Shown here one piece after another: positions 47,422-59,467 of a stretch of 64,000 nucleotides of DNA; position 1 is the stretch's first letter; every line of letters starts with the position of its first letter. The position numbers and the translations under genes were made by a program. This stretch comes from Ranitomeya imitator (lineage: Eukaryota), in assembly GCF_032444005.1 (NCBI RefSeq), contig NC_091282.1, forward strand, positions 1,202,614,001 through 1,202,678,000. Direction: 5' to 3'. The notes beneath the pieces are model-generated. The model did not search any database and was not told the DNA's origin. It saw only the letters and a list, made by a program, of their open reading frames with translations.

Positions 47422-50070
47422 AGGTGCAGTAATAGGGACACATACAGCAGCAGCAGCTCAGTATTGGGGTTTCAGGGGCAGTAATAGGGACACATACAGC
47501 AGCTGCGGCTCAGTATTGGGGTATCAGGGGCAGTAATAGGGACACATATGGCAGCAGAGGCTCAGTATTGGGGTATCAGGTGCAGTAATAGGGACACATA
47601 CAGCAGCAGTGGCTCAGTATTGGGGTATCAGGTGCAGTAATAGGGTCACATACAGCAGCTGCGGCTCAGTATTGGGGTATCAGGGGCAGTAATAGGGACA
47701 CATATGGCAGCAGAGGCTCAGTATTGGGGTATCAGGGGCAGTAATAGGGACACATACGGCAGCAGCGGTTCAGTATTGGGGTATCAGGTGCAGTAATAGG
47801 GACACATACGGCAGCAGTGGCTCAGTATTGGGGTATCAGGTGCAGTAATAGGGACACATACGGCAGCAGTGGCTCAGTATTGGGGTATCAGGTGCAGTAA
47901 TAGGGACACATACGGCAGCAGTGGCTCAGTATTGGGGTATCAGGTGCAGTAATAGGGACACATACGGCAGCAGCGGCTCAGTATTGGGGTATCAGGTGCA
48001 GTAATAGGGACACATACAGCAGAGGCTCAGTACTGGGGTATCAGGTGCAGTAATAGGGTCACATACAGCAGCTGCGGCTCAGTATTGGGGTACCAGATGC
48101 AGTAATAGGGTCACATACGGCAGCAACGGCTCAGTATTGGGGTATCAGGTGCAGTAATAGGGACACATATGGCAGCAGAGGCTCAGTATTGGGGTATCAG
48201 GTGCAGTAATAGGGACACATATGGCAGCAGAGGCTCAGTATTGGGGTATCAGGGGCAGTAATAGGGACACATACGGCAGCAGCGGTTCAGTATTGGGGTA
48301 TCAGGTGCAGTAATAGGGACACATACGGCAGCAGCGGCTCAGTATTGGGGTATCAGGTGCAGTAATAAGGACACATACGGCAGCAGCGGCTCAGTATTGG
48401 GGTATCAGGTGCAGTAATAGGGACACATACGACAGCAGCGGCTCAGTATTGGGGTATCAGGGGCAGTAATAGGGACACATATGGCAGCAGCGGCTCAGTA
48501 TTGGGGTATCAGGGGCAGTAATAGGGACACATACGGCAGCAGCGGCTCAGTATTGGGGTATCAGGTGCAGTAATAGGGATACATACGGCAGCAGCGGCTC
48601 AGTATTGGGGTATCAGGGGCAGTAATAGGGACACATATGGCAGCAGCGGCTCAGTATTGGGGTATCAGGGGCAGTAATAGGGACACATACGGCAGCAGCG
48701 GCTCAGTATTGGGGTATCAGGGGCAGTAATAGGGACACATATGGCAGCAGCGGCTCAGTATTGGGGTATCAGGGGCAGTAATAGGGACACATACGGCAGC
48801 AGCGGCTCAGTATTGGGGTATCAGGGGCAGTAATAGGGACACATACAGCAGCAGCGGCTCAGTATTGGGGTATCAGGTGCAGTAATAGGGACACACACGG
48901 CAGCAGCAGCTCAGTATTGGGGTATCAGGGGCAGTAATAGGGACACACACGGCAGCAGCAGCTCAGTATTGGGGTATCAGGTGCAGTAATAGGGACACAT
49001 ATGGCAGCAGCAGCTCAGTATTGGGGTATCAGGTGCAGTAATAGGGACACATACGGCAGCAGCAGCTCAGTATTGGGGTATCAGGTGGAGTAATAGGGAC
49101 ACATACTGCAGCAGTGGCTCAGTATTGGGGTATCAGGGGCAGTAATAAGGACACATATGGCAGCAGCGGCTCAGTATTGGGGTATCAGGGGCAGTAATAG
49201 GGACACATACGGCAGCAGCGGCTCAGTATTGGGGTATCAGGTGGAGTAATAGGGACACATACTGCAGCAGCGGCTCACTATTGGGGTATCAGGGGCAGTA
49301 ATAGGGACACATACGGCAGCAGCGGCTCAGTATTGGGGTATCAGGTGCAGTAATAGGGACACATACGGCAGCAGCGGCTAAGTATTGGGGTATCAGGGGC
49401 AGTAATAGGGACACATACGGCAGCAGCGGCTCAGTATTGGGGTATCAGGTGCAGTAATAGGGTCACATACGGCAGCAGTGGCTCAGTATTGGGGTATCAG
49501 GTGCAGTAATAGGGACACATACAGCAGCAGCGGCTCAGTATTGGGGTATCAGGTGCAGTAATAGGGACACATACGGCAGCAGCGGCTCAGTATTGGGGTA
49601 TCAGGTGCAGTAATAGGGTCACATACGGCAGCAGCGGCTCAGTATTGGGGTATCAGGGGCAGTAATAGGGACACATACGGCAGCAGAGGCTCAGTATTGG
49701 GGTATCAGGTGCAGTAATAGGGTCACATACGGCAGCAGTGGCTCAGTATTGGGGTATCAGGTGCAGTAATAGGGACACATACGGCAGCAGCGGCTCAGTA
49801 CTGGGGTATCAGGTGCAGTAATAGGGACACATACGGCAGCAGTGGCTCAGTATTGGGGTATCAGGGGCAGTAATAGGGACACATACGGCAGCAGTGGCTC
49901 AGTATTGGGGTATCAGGGGCAGTAATAAGGACACATACGGCAGCAGTGGCTCAGTATTGGGGTATCAGGGGCAGTAATAAGGACACATACAGCAGCAGCG
50001 GCTCAGTATCATGGTATCAGGGGCAGTAATAGGGACACATACGGCAGCAGTGGCTCAGTATTAGGATATC
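47422..50070 (+). repeat. 52-bp satellite, ~50 copies (CAGTATTGGGGTATCAGGTGCAGTAATAGGGACACATACGGCAGCAGCGGCT)
   Basis: Directly visible tandem array; its first copies lie left of the PLE at ~42270-42339. Confidence 0.97.
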
Positions 50071-50529
50071 AGCAGGATGAGGAGTTTGTGCAGGTTGGGA
50101 ATAGATGGTGATGGAGCTGGAATATGAGAAGTGAAATGTGTCTTTGTTGTATTCTCTTCAGACGAGTTGTAGCTGGAAGAAGTTGTCATGTCGGTCTGGG
50201 CCAGATGGAAAAGACGGGAAAAGTGAACGATTCCATCAGAAAGAACGTCAGCGGTAGGTCATTATCTGTAACTGTGCTGTGATCTCTTACATGTTCTGTA
50301 GGGCTGGTATCTACCACTGACCATATGGCGGTAATATCCATGTTGGTCTTTATATAGAGATTATCTTCAGTAACAGCGCGGTCATCTGCTGAGGTTCTCC
50401 TCCACTATTAGGGTGCGTCGCCCAGTTGTTGTCAAGGTTACCTGGTTAAGGGCCCACTCAGAAGTTTAACTCCCCCCTGAACCAAAACCCTAGCTACGCC
50501 TCTGAGTCCCATCATCTGGCTAATGTGTT

Positions 50530-51090
50530 GAATGTAAAAAAAAAAGAACACAAACATATAACATAACATACAACATATAACATATAACAGTACATACAAC
50601 ATAAAACATACAGCATATAACATATAACAGTACATACAACATATAACAAATAACATAACATACAACATATAACATATAACAGTGCATACAACATGCAACA
50701 TATAACATATAACAGTACATACAACATATAACAGTACATACAACATATAACATATAACAGTACATACAACAGTTAGCATATAACAGTACATACCACATAC
50801 AACATATAACAGTACATACAACATACAACATATAACAGTACACACAACATATAACATGTAACAGTACATACAACATGTAACACAACATATAACATATAAC
50901 AGTACATACAACATTTAACAGATAACAGTACATGCAACATATAATATATAATAATATAATAATATAATATAATAATAGAACATACAACATATGATAGTAC
51001 ATACAACATACAACATAAACATACAATACATACATACAGTACATTCATACATTACATACAATACAAACATATAGACATACAGTACATACA
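50530..51090 (+). repeat. Low-complexity (CATATAACAGTACATACAA)-like tandem repeat
   Basis: A/C/T-rich degenerate short tandem units. Confidence 0.85.
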
Positions 51091-51099
51091 ACATAGCGT

Positions 51100-52744
51100 A
51101 CATACTCACCATCACCTTGTCACCTTACATACTCACCATCACCTTGTCACCTTGATCCCTGAAGTCAGTGTCACCTATAAAAAATATTAAAATAATAAAC
51201 AAACACTATACTCCCTGATCCGCAGATATCCAATTAAAACGAGTGTCCCATGACAATCTCCCGTGGAGAGCAGCAGCATCAGCTGATGCGACTGCTCTCC
51301 AGGGGCTCCAGGAATGCAATGATGGAAGGTATCCCTCCGCAATATATCCCTCTGCCACTGTAAAAAATAGTCCCTAGTCTCACTTGTGGCACTGCTGTGT
51401 GCAAAAATTCTCACGCAGCATTGCCATAAAGTGAGACCCTGAAATAAGGTAACCTCAGTGATGTACTGCAGGAGCCATTGTCTCCTGTCAGTGTGTCACT
51501 GAAGGTCTATAGAGCAGTGACATCACCCTATGTCACTGTTCTTTAGGAGAGATCGTCGTGGGACACTCATTAATTGGACTATGGTGGAAAGTGAGTATAC
51601 GGTTTATTATTTTTAATTTTTTGCAGGCGATCGAGTATGGTAAGTATGGTTAAATTAAGAATATTAAAATACTTTTTTCTGGCTGTGTCTTTATTTATTT
51701 TTTAACCCTTTGACTACTCTAGGATTTATAATGGATAGGCGTCTTATTGATGCCTCTCCATTATTAACCGGGCTTAATGTCACCTTACATTAGCAAGGTG
51801 ACATTAACCCCTTATTACCCCATATCCCACCGCTACAGGGGAGTGGGAAGAGAGGAGCTAAGTGCCGGAATTGGCACATCTTACAGATGCGCCATTTCTG
51901 GGGCTGGTATTTGTAGCTGGGGGGGCCAATATCCATGGCCCCTCTGTAGGCTATGAATATCAGCCTGCAGCTGTCGGTTTTTCTGTCTGGTGAAAAAACG
52001 CCCAGCGACTGATCCGGCGAAAAATTTAGGAAACCGAGATGTGAAATGATGAATCCGGCCTCCGAATCCGGTTTCTCATGCATTTTTTCCATTGAAATCA
52101 TGCACATTTTCCGTGCTCTCTCTCTCTAAAAAAAAAAACGATCCGTTGCAAATAGTGAAAAACTGATGCGACTGATCCGGTTTTTAGAGAGAGAGAGAGA
52201 GAGAATGGAAAACGCTGCCCAGACATGTGGGTTTAATAAATCCTGCACAGATTTTCAGATGATATAGAGTGCTGCCTACTTTTTTGAATTTTGTATACTT
52301 CGGACAATCCATGGACAGGTTGCCTGGGAGCCTTGCACCCGAAGATAAGTAAAAGAATTTTGTGCTGTTCCTATTTTTTATTAATACATCTATCTATAGA
52401 TATATCTATCTACATCTATCGATCTCATTCCTTCTGTCTATCCTATCTATCATCTATCTATCTGTCTCTCTATGTGTGTAATGGAGTGTGGGTTGGACAA
52501 ATGTAAAAGAGGAGGTTGGACAAGACATGACATCACAACAATTTTGTTTTGTTCAATTAATACATCTTTATTTAGCTTTCAAAAACGCATCAAAAAACCA
52601 CATAAAAAAAGCATCAAAACCAAGCAAAAAACGCACCAAAATGGCACAAAAAACGCATAAAAAATGCATCTGCATTTTCTGCCAAGAGCTGCGGATTTAG
52701 TGCAGGAAAATCTGCAGTCAAATCTGCAACGTGTGCACATACCC
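51100..52744. mobile_element. Composite non-autonomous DNA-transposon sequence ending in a Harbinger-like terminus (GTGCACATACCC|TTA)
   Basis: Internal inverted repeats; shares blocks with 54350-54700. Left end not found. Confidence 0.45.
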
Positions 52745-53879
52745 TTAATCATTTTCAGATGATACATTCGCTATGACATTTTAAATAAAGGTGTTCTTTT
52801 ACGTGGCAAAGGACGTTTCAGCTACTTTAAGCACCAGGATCCTGATGCAATTATGAAATTTACGTCCTATAGCTCTGGCCATTTAATGGGAAAAGTATCT
52901 TAAAGGCAATAGTAAAGACTGAATGCAAAGCTCGTCTTACAGTCAATGTTATTCATATAGTTGTAATAATGTCGGCGGCGGCAGAACATATACGACGGTG
53001 TGAAAGCCGAGGATTCATCAGGACGGATATTCTGTTCTGTATTATTCTTTAACCTTTGAATAAAACTATTGTTGAATATGGTTGTCTTCACTTCTGCTCG
53101 GAAATCACATTCGGTTTCATTACTCACAGGTCTTTTGACTCTCAATAATTGACTAGAGGGCTAAGTCTCTGTGTGCCCTTTAGGCACCAGATATGTTAGC
53201 ATAAAGATTGCACTTATCAGCATGTGCCATGTATATATCTGTTACCAAGGTGTCTAAGGTGATCCCGGGAATTTTTTTCTCTTTTTTTTTTCTTTGCAGC
53301 GTGACATCTGTATAGTCGCATTGCCACATTTGAGTATAGTCCTATTTGTATCATGTAGTGAATTGATGGCATTAAAAGATTAACAATGCTTCCCCGCTGC
53401 TAGGTGGAGACATTATCATACAGGCACCGGTGAATTTCAATAAACCGGAGAATATTGTCTATTCTTTTCCATGTTCTTGTGATTCATGGAGACACCTATT
53501 ATAACTGAAAGGTACAATTCACCTGCTATTATTCCAATGTGTTTTACTAGTTTTTTTATAGCAGAAGGTATTAATTTTAACCAGCCCATTAAATAATCAA
53601 ATTATGCAAATCATTTGATTTTTTTTTTGTATACAGCATTTCTCACTTATTTCTATCTATGTCATCTAAAACTGACTTAGATTCTAAGGATACAGATACA
53701 AAAAAAACAAAGGATTCAATATTAGGGTTGTAATGTGAGCACAGGAATGTAACCTGCCAGCAAGTTTTTGGATTTACAAGTAGTGGTATGGCTGTATAGG
53801 CATTTGTGCCCCAATAGAAATTATATATATTTTTTAGAGAGAGATCCGATGCACCAATCATGAGAAATGTATTGTAGAA

Positions 53880-55470
53880 GTCAAATGCAAATGGCAGTGC
53901 AATGGAGCCATGTCATTTGTTATCGAGGTTACTGCAGATCACTGAGGCTATGTTCCCAGCTGAGCCCTTGAACTGCGGTGACCTCAGTGAGATCCCCACT
54001 AGTACCATGGGAAAAAGTCTCGCTGTACAGCGCTGAGCTCACTGAGGTCACCGCAGTTCATCGGCCAGCTTGGAACGCAGCCTCAGTGACTGGCAGTAAC
54101 GTCAATGATGTCACCACTAGTCACTCATGCTGAGCTTGCAATAGCTCATTCTCCCAAGGTTTTCAGCCTTGACCGTCACATCTTGGCACCGTTCAGATTG
54201 AAAACTATTTATCGCAGATATGGATTATGGCTTGGGACAGAATGATGAACAGGTGAGGGATATGGTCGTTTTTTTTTTGTTTTTTTACAGGAGACCATGG
54301 CTTCAATGGATTGGGCATTAAGTGAGTATAACTGTGTTTGTTATTTTTAAATAAAATAGTAAAATGGTGTTTTTTTTTCATTTCAAGAACTTTATTCTGG
54401 CTGTGTTTTTATTTCCAATCTACTATACGATTAATAAGCCATAGGCATGATGTCACCTGAAAATACAAAGGTGACATCAACCGCACAAATATGAACCCAC
54501 TTGCCACCGCCTCAGAGCAAGTGAGAAGAGCTGGGCAAAGCACCAGAGTTGGCGCATCTAATAAATGTGCCTTTTCTGGGGCAGCTGCAAGCTGTTATTT
54601 TTAAGCTGGGGTGGCAATATCCATGACTCCTTACCAGCCTAAAAATACCAGTCCCAAGCTGTCTGCATTAGCTTGGCTGGTTGTCAAAAATGGAGGACCC
54701 CATGCCGTTTTTTTAAATTTATTTAAATAACTTTAAAAAAGCATGTGGACCCATCTATTGTTGATAGTCAGCCTTGCTAAAGCTGACAGCTGAGGGTTGC
54801 AGTCTGCAGCTGTCAGTTTTGCCTGGCTGATTATCAAAAACATGGGTTACCCCATGCCCATTTTTTTTTTAATTTACAGCACAGGCAGCTGATGTATACG
54901 CTAGTGATGAGCGAGTATACTTGTTGCTTTTGTTTTCCTGAGCACGCTTGGGTGATCTCCGAGTATTTGTTAGTGTTCGGAGATTTAGTTTTCATTGCGG
55001 AAGCTGAATGATTTACAGCTATTAGCCCAGCTGAGTACATGTGGGGGTTGCCTTGTTGCTAGGGAATCCCCACATGTAATCAAGTTGTCTAATAGCTGTA
55101 AATCATTCAGCTGCGGCGATGAAAACTTAATCTCCGAACACTAACAAATACTCGGAGATCCCCGAGTGTGCTCGAGAGAACCCGAGCAATGAGTATACTC
55201 GCTCATCACTAGTATACTCCCATCAGCCACCGCCTGCTGTCGCTGATATTAGCAGCAGCAGTAGGCGTAGGCTGATGGGAGTAATAGTCGCATCATACGA
55301 CACCTGTCATCGTAGGTAAACTTTGTACTTCTGATCACAGCTGTGGGCTCATGCTGTCATCTGACAGTGTGAGGACCGCAGCTTTCTGTCCAGTGGTATT
55401 AATCTTACTGCCGATCAGAGCCGCCGGTATACGGGTGCCAAACTTTACTGTTCAGGTTCGCCCACCTCTA
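53880..55470. mobile_element. hAT-like non-autonomous element (right TIR GTTCGCCCACCTCTA)
   Basis: The terminus is the reverse complement of a TAGAG(A/G)TG-type TIR; internal palindrome at 53930-54100. Left end approximate. Confidence 0.5.
54902..55211. mobile_element. hAT MITE (310 bp) with 8-bp TSD
   Basis: TIR TAGTGATGAGCGAGTATA / TATACTCGCTCATCACTA; flanks GTATACGC / GTATACTC (one mismatch). Confidence 0.88.
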
Positions 55471-55769
55471 GTTATTAATAGTCATGCATTACAACAATAT
55501 AATTGGTTCAGCTTATCCCTAAATATGTGCTGGCATTAGCATACATACTTCTAATTTGCTAAAGTTAATACTTTTTTTGGTCAAGGAGTGGCTCTATTCC
55601 TTAGTTTCTTTTCTCCGCTATTTCTAAGTCTTTAGGTAAAGACATTGCCAAGACCCCTGCCCCCCTTGTGTAGACTCCATCTTGCAAGGAAGGAGATCCA
55701 CTTATAAAGAAATCAAAAGGGAGTCAGGGTAGATAAATAAAAGTCCTGCTCTCACACAATCTTGTGACT

Positions 55770-55875
55770 CTGTTAGAGGAAAAGGTACAAAGTCTGCAGG
55801 AGAGAAAAGTTACACTGAAGCTTATCAAAGAAGATGAAGATTTTGTTGACAGAGCAGAAGAATCTCTTCAGAATG
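55770..55875 (+). pseudogene. CR1 ORF1 N-terminal coiled-coil fragment
   Basis: Translates LVTLLEEKVQSLQERKVTLKLIKEDEDFVDRAEESLQ, resembling the start of CR1 ORF1. Confidence 0.55.
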
Positions 55876-55939
55876 TTGCGAGAACTTTTCAGGGTTCCTG
55901 CAGGAACTAATGACAGAGTAGAAATAACTATGTAGGATG

Positions 55940-56320
55940 CTCTTCTTTATGTTAATGATTTCTTCCAGGCTCCGACACATGTGGTGCCTGGAAGAAATCC
56001 CTGCCTTCTGTCCTCATTACAATACTACCCTCCTATGTACGTACGTACCTCCTGCGCCTACACCCTGCACTCCCTCAGAAATCCAAACCTCATCCTCTCT
56101 TCTATGAGCACTGCATTTAGGGATCAGGCAGGGATTTCTTCCAGGCACTGCATGCCCTGGAGCCTGGAAGAAATCATTAACATAAAGACAGAATATAACG
56201 TTTCTCAGCAACAAGACCTTTAATATGAGGCATACAGGTAGGACTAGCTTAACATTTATATTACCTGTTTTCCCATAGTGGAAGGTCATATACGTCCCAG
56301 GAGGTGACAGGTTGCCTTTC
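55940..56320. mobile_element. Palindromic T2/Kolobok-like MITE
   Basis: Inverted arms 55945-56005 and 56127-56187; right terminus GGTGACAGGTTGCCTTT resembles AAAGGGAACCTGTCACC. Confidence 0.65.
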
Positions 56321-56865
56321 AGCAAAGCATTTGATAAAGTATATCATACTATCCTTCTTTAAAAATTGACCAAGTCTGGGATTGATAAGGCTACAGTTAG
56401 GTGGATTCATAATTTAATCAGTGATCGTACTAAAAGAGTGGTGATAAATGGTTGCACATCCAATTGGAAGTGTGCTTTATGTGGGGTACCACAAGGCTCT
56501 GTTCTGGCCCGAGTGTTGTTCAACATTTTTATACATGACTTAGATAAGGGAACTGAAGGTAAACTGATCAAATTTGCAGACGATGGAAAGCTAGGAGGAA
56601 TAGCTAACACTAGAGAAGACAGAGAAAGGATTCAGAAGGATCTAGGTAAGCTTGAACAATGGACAGCAACTAACGGAATAGTATTTAACAGGGAGAAATG
56701 CAAGATTTTACATCTGTGCAATAAAAACGATAACTTAATCTACAGAATGGTAGGAACAGAACTAAGCAACAGCCCCTGTGAAAAAGATTTGGGTATACTA
56801 ATAGATCACATACTGCACATGAGTCAACAGTGTGATACAGCTGCAAAAAATGCAAACAGTTTGGG
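56318..56865 (+). pseudogene. CR1 RT fragment (FSKAFDKV ... AAKNAN)
   Basis: [25 protein letters not shown] and FNREKCK motifs. Confidence 0.9.
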
Positions 56866-56880
56866 TAAGTCTTTTTCACA

Positions 56881-57440
56881 CATGAAGTCGAGATATACTA
56901 TATCTACCACATTTCCCTAATCCACCCAGTCATTCATTCCATCATAGAAGGAAATTAGATTAGTTTTGCATGACTTGTTTGCTTCAAACCCATGCTGGCT
57001 CTGATTTATTACTGAATTCTTATCCAAGTACTTACATACATGTTGTTTAATAATTTGTTCATAGATCTTTCATGGTATGGAAGTAAGGCTCACTGGCCTG
57101 TAATTTTCTGGCTCCATCTTCTTTCCTTTTTTGAAGATAGGGACAACATTTGCTCTTCTCCAATATTCTGGGACTACTCCTGTTCTCCAGGATTTTTCAA
57201 AGATTCTGGCTAGTGGTCCTGCAATTTCCTCTGCTAACTCTTACAGTACCCTAGGATGTAATTCATCTGCGCCAGGAGATTCAAATTAATTTAAAATAGT
57301 TAATTGTTCTCTTACCATCTCTCTGTTTATAGATAGTGTGTCTTATTTTATTCCTTTGATGACACCATGATGATCAGTTGATGTTACAATTGATTTCTTA
57401 AAGAACAAAGATGCAAAAGAGGAATTTAAAAGTTCGGCTT
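56881..57440 (-). pseudogene. CR1 RT fragment (…NVVPIFKKG…NYRPVSL…VYLDF), opposite strand
   Basis: Manual reverse-complement translation; ends exactly where the plus-strand fragment begins. Confidence 0.85.
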
Positions 57441-57459
57441 TCTCAACATCATGTTGTAG

Positions 57460-58617
57460 TTCAATGTGTAGCACTGATGTCCTTGCATGGTTCTTCCCCC
57501 TCTTCCTGGCAGGGACGTCACATGCTCACTGCTTCACCACTCAGCTCAGCTATATCCTCTGCTCCGGCTCACATGTCCCAGGACTTGCATACACTGAGCA
57601 GGTCTCCTGTTAGAGCACTTAGGGTGTACATGTGCTCCCCACCTCTTAAAGGGGAAGCACACACTCCTATTGTTTCCCCTACCAATGGCTTGGAGGCACT
57701 AAAGTATTTAAGGCACCTTCTCCTGTAGGGAACTAACTGTGCAACACCTGTGTTTAGTTAGTCTGCAACCTGTTAAGTTGTTATCAGGTCCTTTAACCAG
57801 AATTCTGAACCTGAATTCTGAAACTGAAATACACTGTCGGTACCTGAACCAGAATCCTGAACCTGAATCAACCTGTCAGTACCTGAACCTGAATCCTGGA
57901 CCTGAAACTGCTGTGTAGGTCCATGAACCTAAAAACACCTTGTCGTTCCCTGAACCTGAAACTGCTCTTTCGCTAACTGAACCTGAAATCCCTCTGTTGG
58001 TCTCCAAACCTGAAACTGCTCTGTCGGTACCTGAACTTGAAACAGCCCTATTGGTCTCTGAACCCAAAAGCGCTCTGTCGGTTCTGAACCTGAAACTGCT
58101 GTGTTTTTCCCTGAACCTGAAACCGCTATGTGGTTCCCTGAACCTGAACCTGATACCTGTCTGTACCTGAACCTGAATCCATCCTGTCTGTAACTGAACC
58201 TGAAACCGTCCTGGCTGCACCTTAACCTGTTACCCATCCAGTTCATGTGTACCAGAACCTGTCTAATCTGATCCAGTATCTGAATTTGTTACCCGTCCTG
58301 TCAAGTGTTTCAGGATCTGCACTGTCTGAACCTGCACCAGTATCTGGTCTGTCAAGTGTTCTAGAATCCGCATTGTCTGAACCAGCATCAATATCCAGTC
58401 CTGCCTTGGACTCCAAGTCCGTACCTGCATTTCTAACCCATGGGGTCAGCTGTTGAAGTACCAGAGACTGCACAGGAGTAGTACTTGGAAGCTACCTGCA
58501 GCTCAAGTCTAACTCTACAATCAAAGTCTCTAATGAAAAACCGGTAACCACTTAGCCATGCCCCTCCAGACTAAGCTTGGCTCGTGGTACATTAGGTCCA
58601 CAATCCACCAGCATGGC
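57460..58617 (+). mobile_element. Probable LTR with an internal (CTGAACCTGAA) minisatellite
   Basis: Lies directly upstream of degraded gypsy pol; tandem subrepeats at 57800-58250. Ends degraded. Confidence 0.5.
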
Positions 58618-59049
58618 AAAATGTTTCAAACATAAAAATGAATTTCTAAAAGTAAGAAAAAAATAGACTTTAAGAAGTGAAGATGCAGATTCCAAGAATT
58701 CAAAGGACACCTGTAAGAAAAACTAGGATGTATGAACAAGAGACAAAGTACAGTTTTATATTTTCATCTGCATTTGCGGATTCAGGTTCTGCCTTTAATC
58801 TAATTGATCATGATTTTGCAGTAGACTGTGGTTATGATTTCTCTACTCTTCCGATTCAAGTTTTGGCAATTGATAACTCTCCTCTTTCACAAAGTCATGC
58901 TACTATGAGGGTCAACAATGTACATATGAAAGTTAGAGTGTTACAGTCCTGCTCATCGTTATTGGCAGCCATGAAGTTTAAGTACATAATGTGGAATATC
59001 TCCTGAAAAAAATGAATGAAGTGAAACAGAGAATTATCAAGAAATTTTA

Positions 59050-59140
59050 GAGCTAAATGTCCTTCCCAGTGTAAGAAAACTTGAATTGAGTTGAAGATCA
59101 TGGGTCCTCCAGCAAGACAATGACCCAAAGCACACATGCT
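59050..59140 (+). pseudogene. Tc1 transposase fragment
   Basis: 59101-59136 translates WVLQQDNDPKHT. Confidence 0.75.
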
Positions 59141-59220
59141 ACCTGCAAAGTTAGTGTTAGGCCTACCATGGTTAATTAAGCACAATCCAGTACTGAACTG
59201 GGAGACTAAAGAGATCAGGC

Positions 59221-59467
59221 TTATTTATTTATTTTATTCATTTACAGTATATAGCACTATTAATTCCACAGCACTTTAAAAACATTATTGGCACGGTCCC
59301 TATTGGGGCTCACAATCTGGAATCCCTAACAGTATGTCTTTGGAATGTGGGAGGAAAGTCACGCAAACATGGGGAGAACATACAAACTCCTTGTACATGT
59401 TGTCCTTGCTGGGACTTGAACCCAGGACTCCAGCACTGCAAGGCTGCAGAGCTAACCACTGAGCCAT
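59221..59467 (-). mobile_element. tRNA-derived SINE with an L2-like 3' tail
   Basis: A box TGGCTCAGTGG, B box GGTTCAAGTCC, 3' stem-loop similar to the L2 at 9709-9731, and a (TAAA)n tail. Confidence 0.88.

Noticed and set aside
47422-50070. CRISPR-like regular array
   Set aside because: The units are entirely repeated with no unique spacers, there are no cas genes, and the context is eukaryotic.
50438-51115. Cys/Tyr/Met-rich ORFs resembling metallothionein or keratin-associated proteins
   Set aside because: Translations of a low-complexity tandem repeat.
53280-53400. Poly-T/CAG acceptor-like site
   Set aside because: No good donor or recognisable peptide; poly-T tracts are common in this window.
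57876-58473. Ser/Gly/Glu-Pro-rich ORFs on both strands
   Set aside because: Derived from the CTGAAC minisatellite in a probable LTR.
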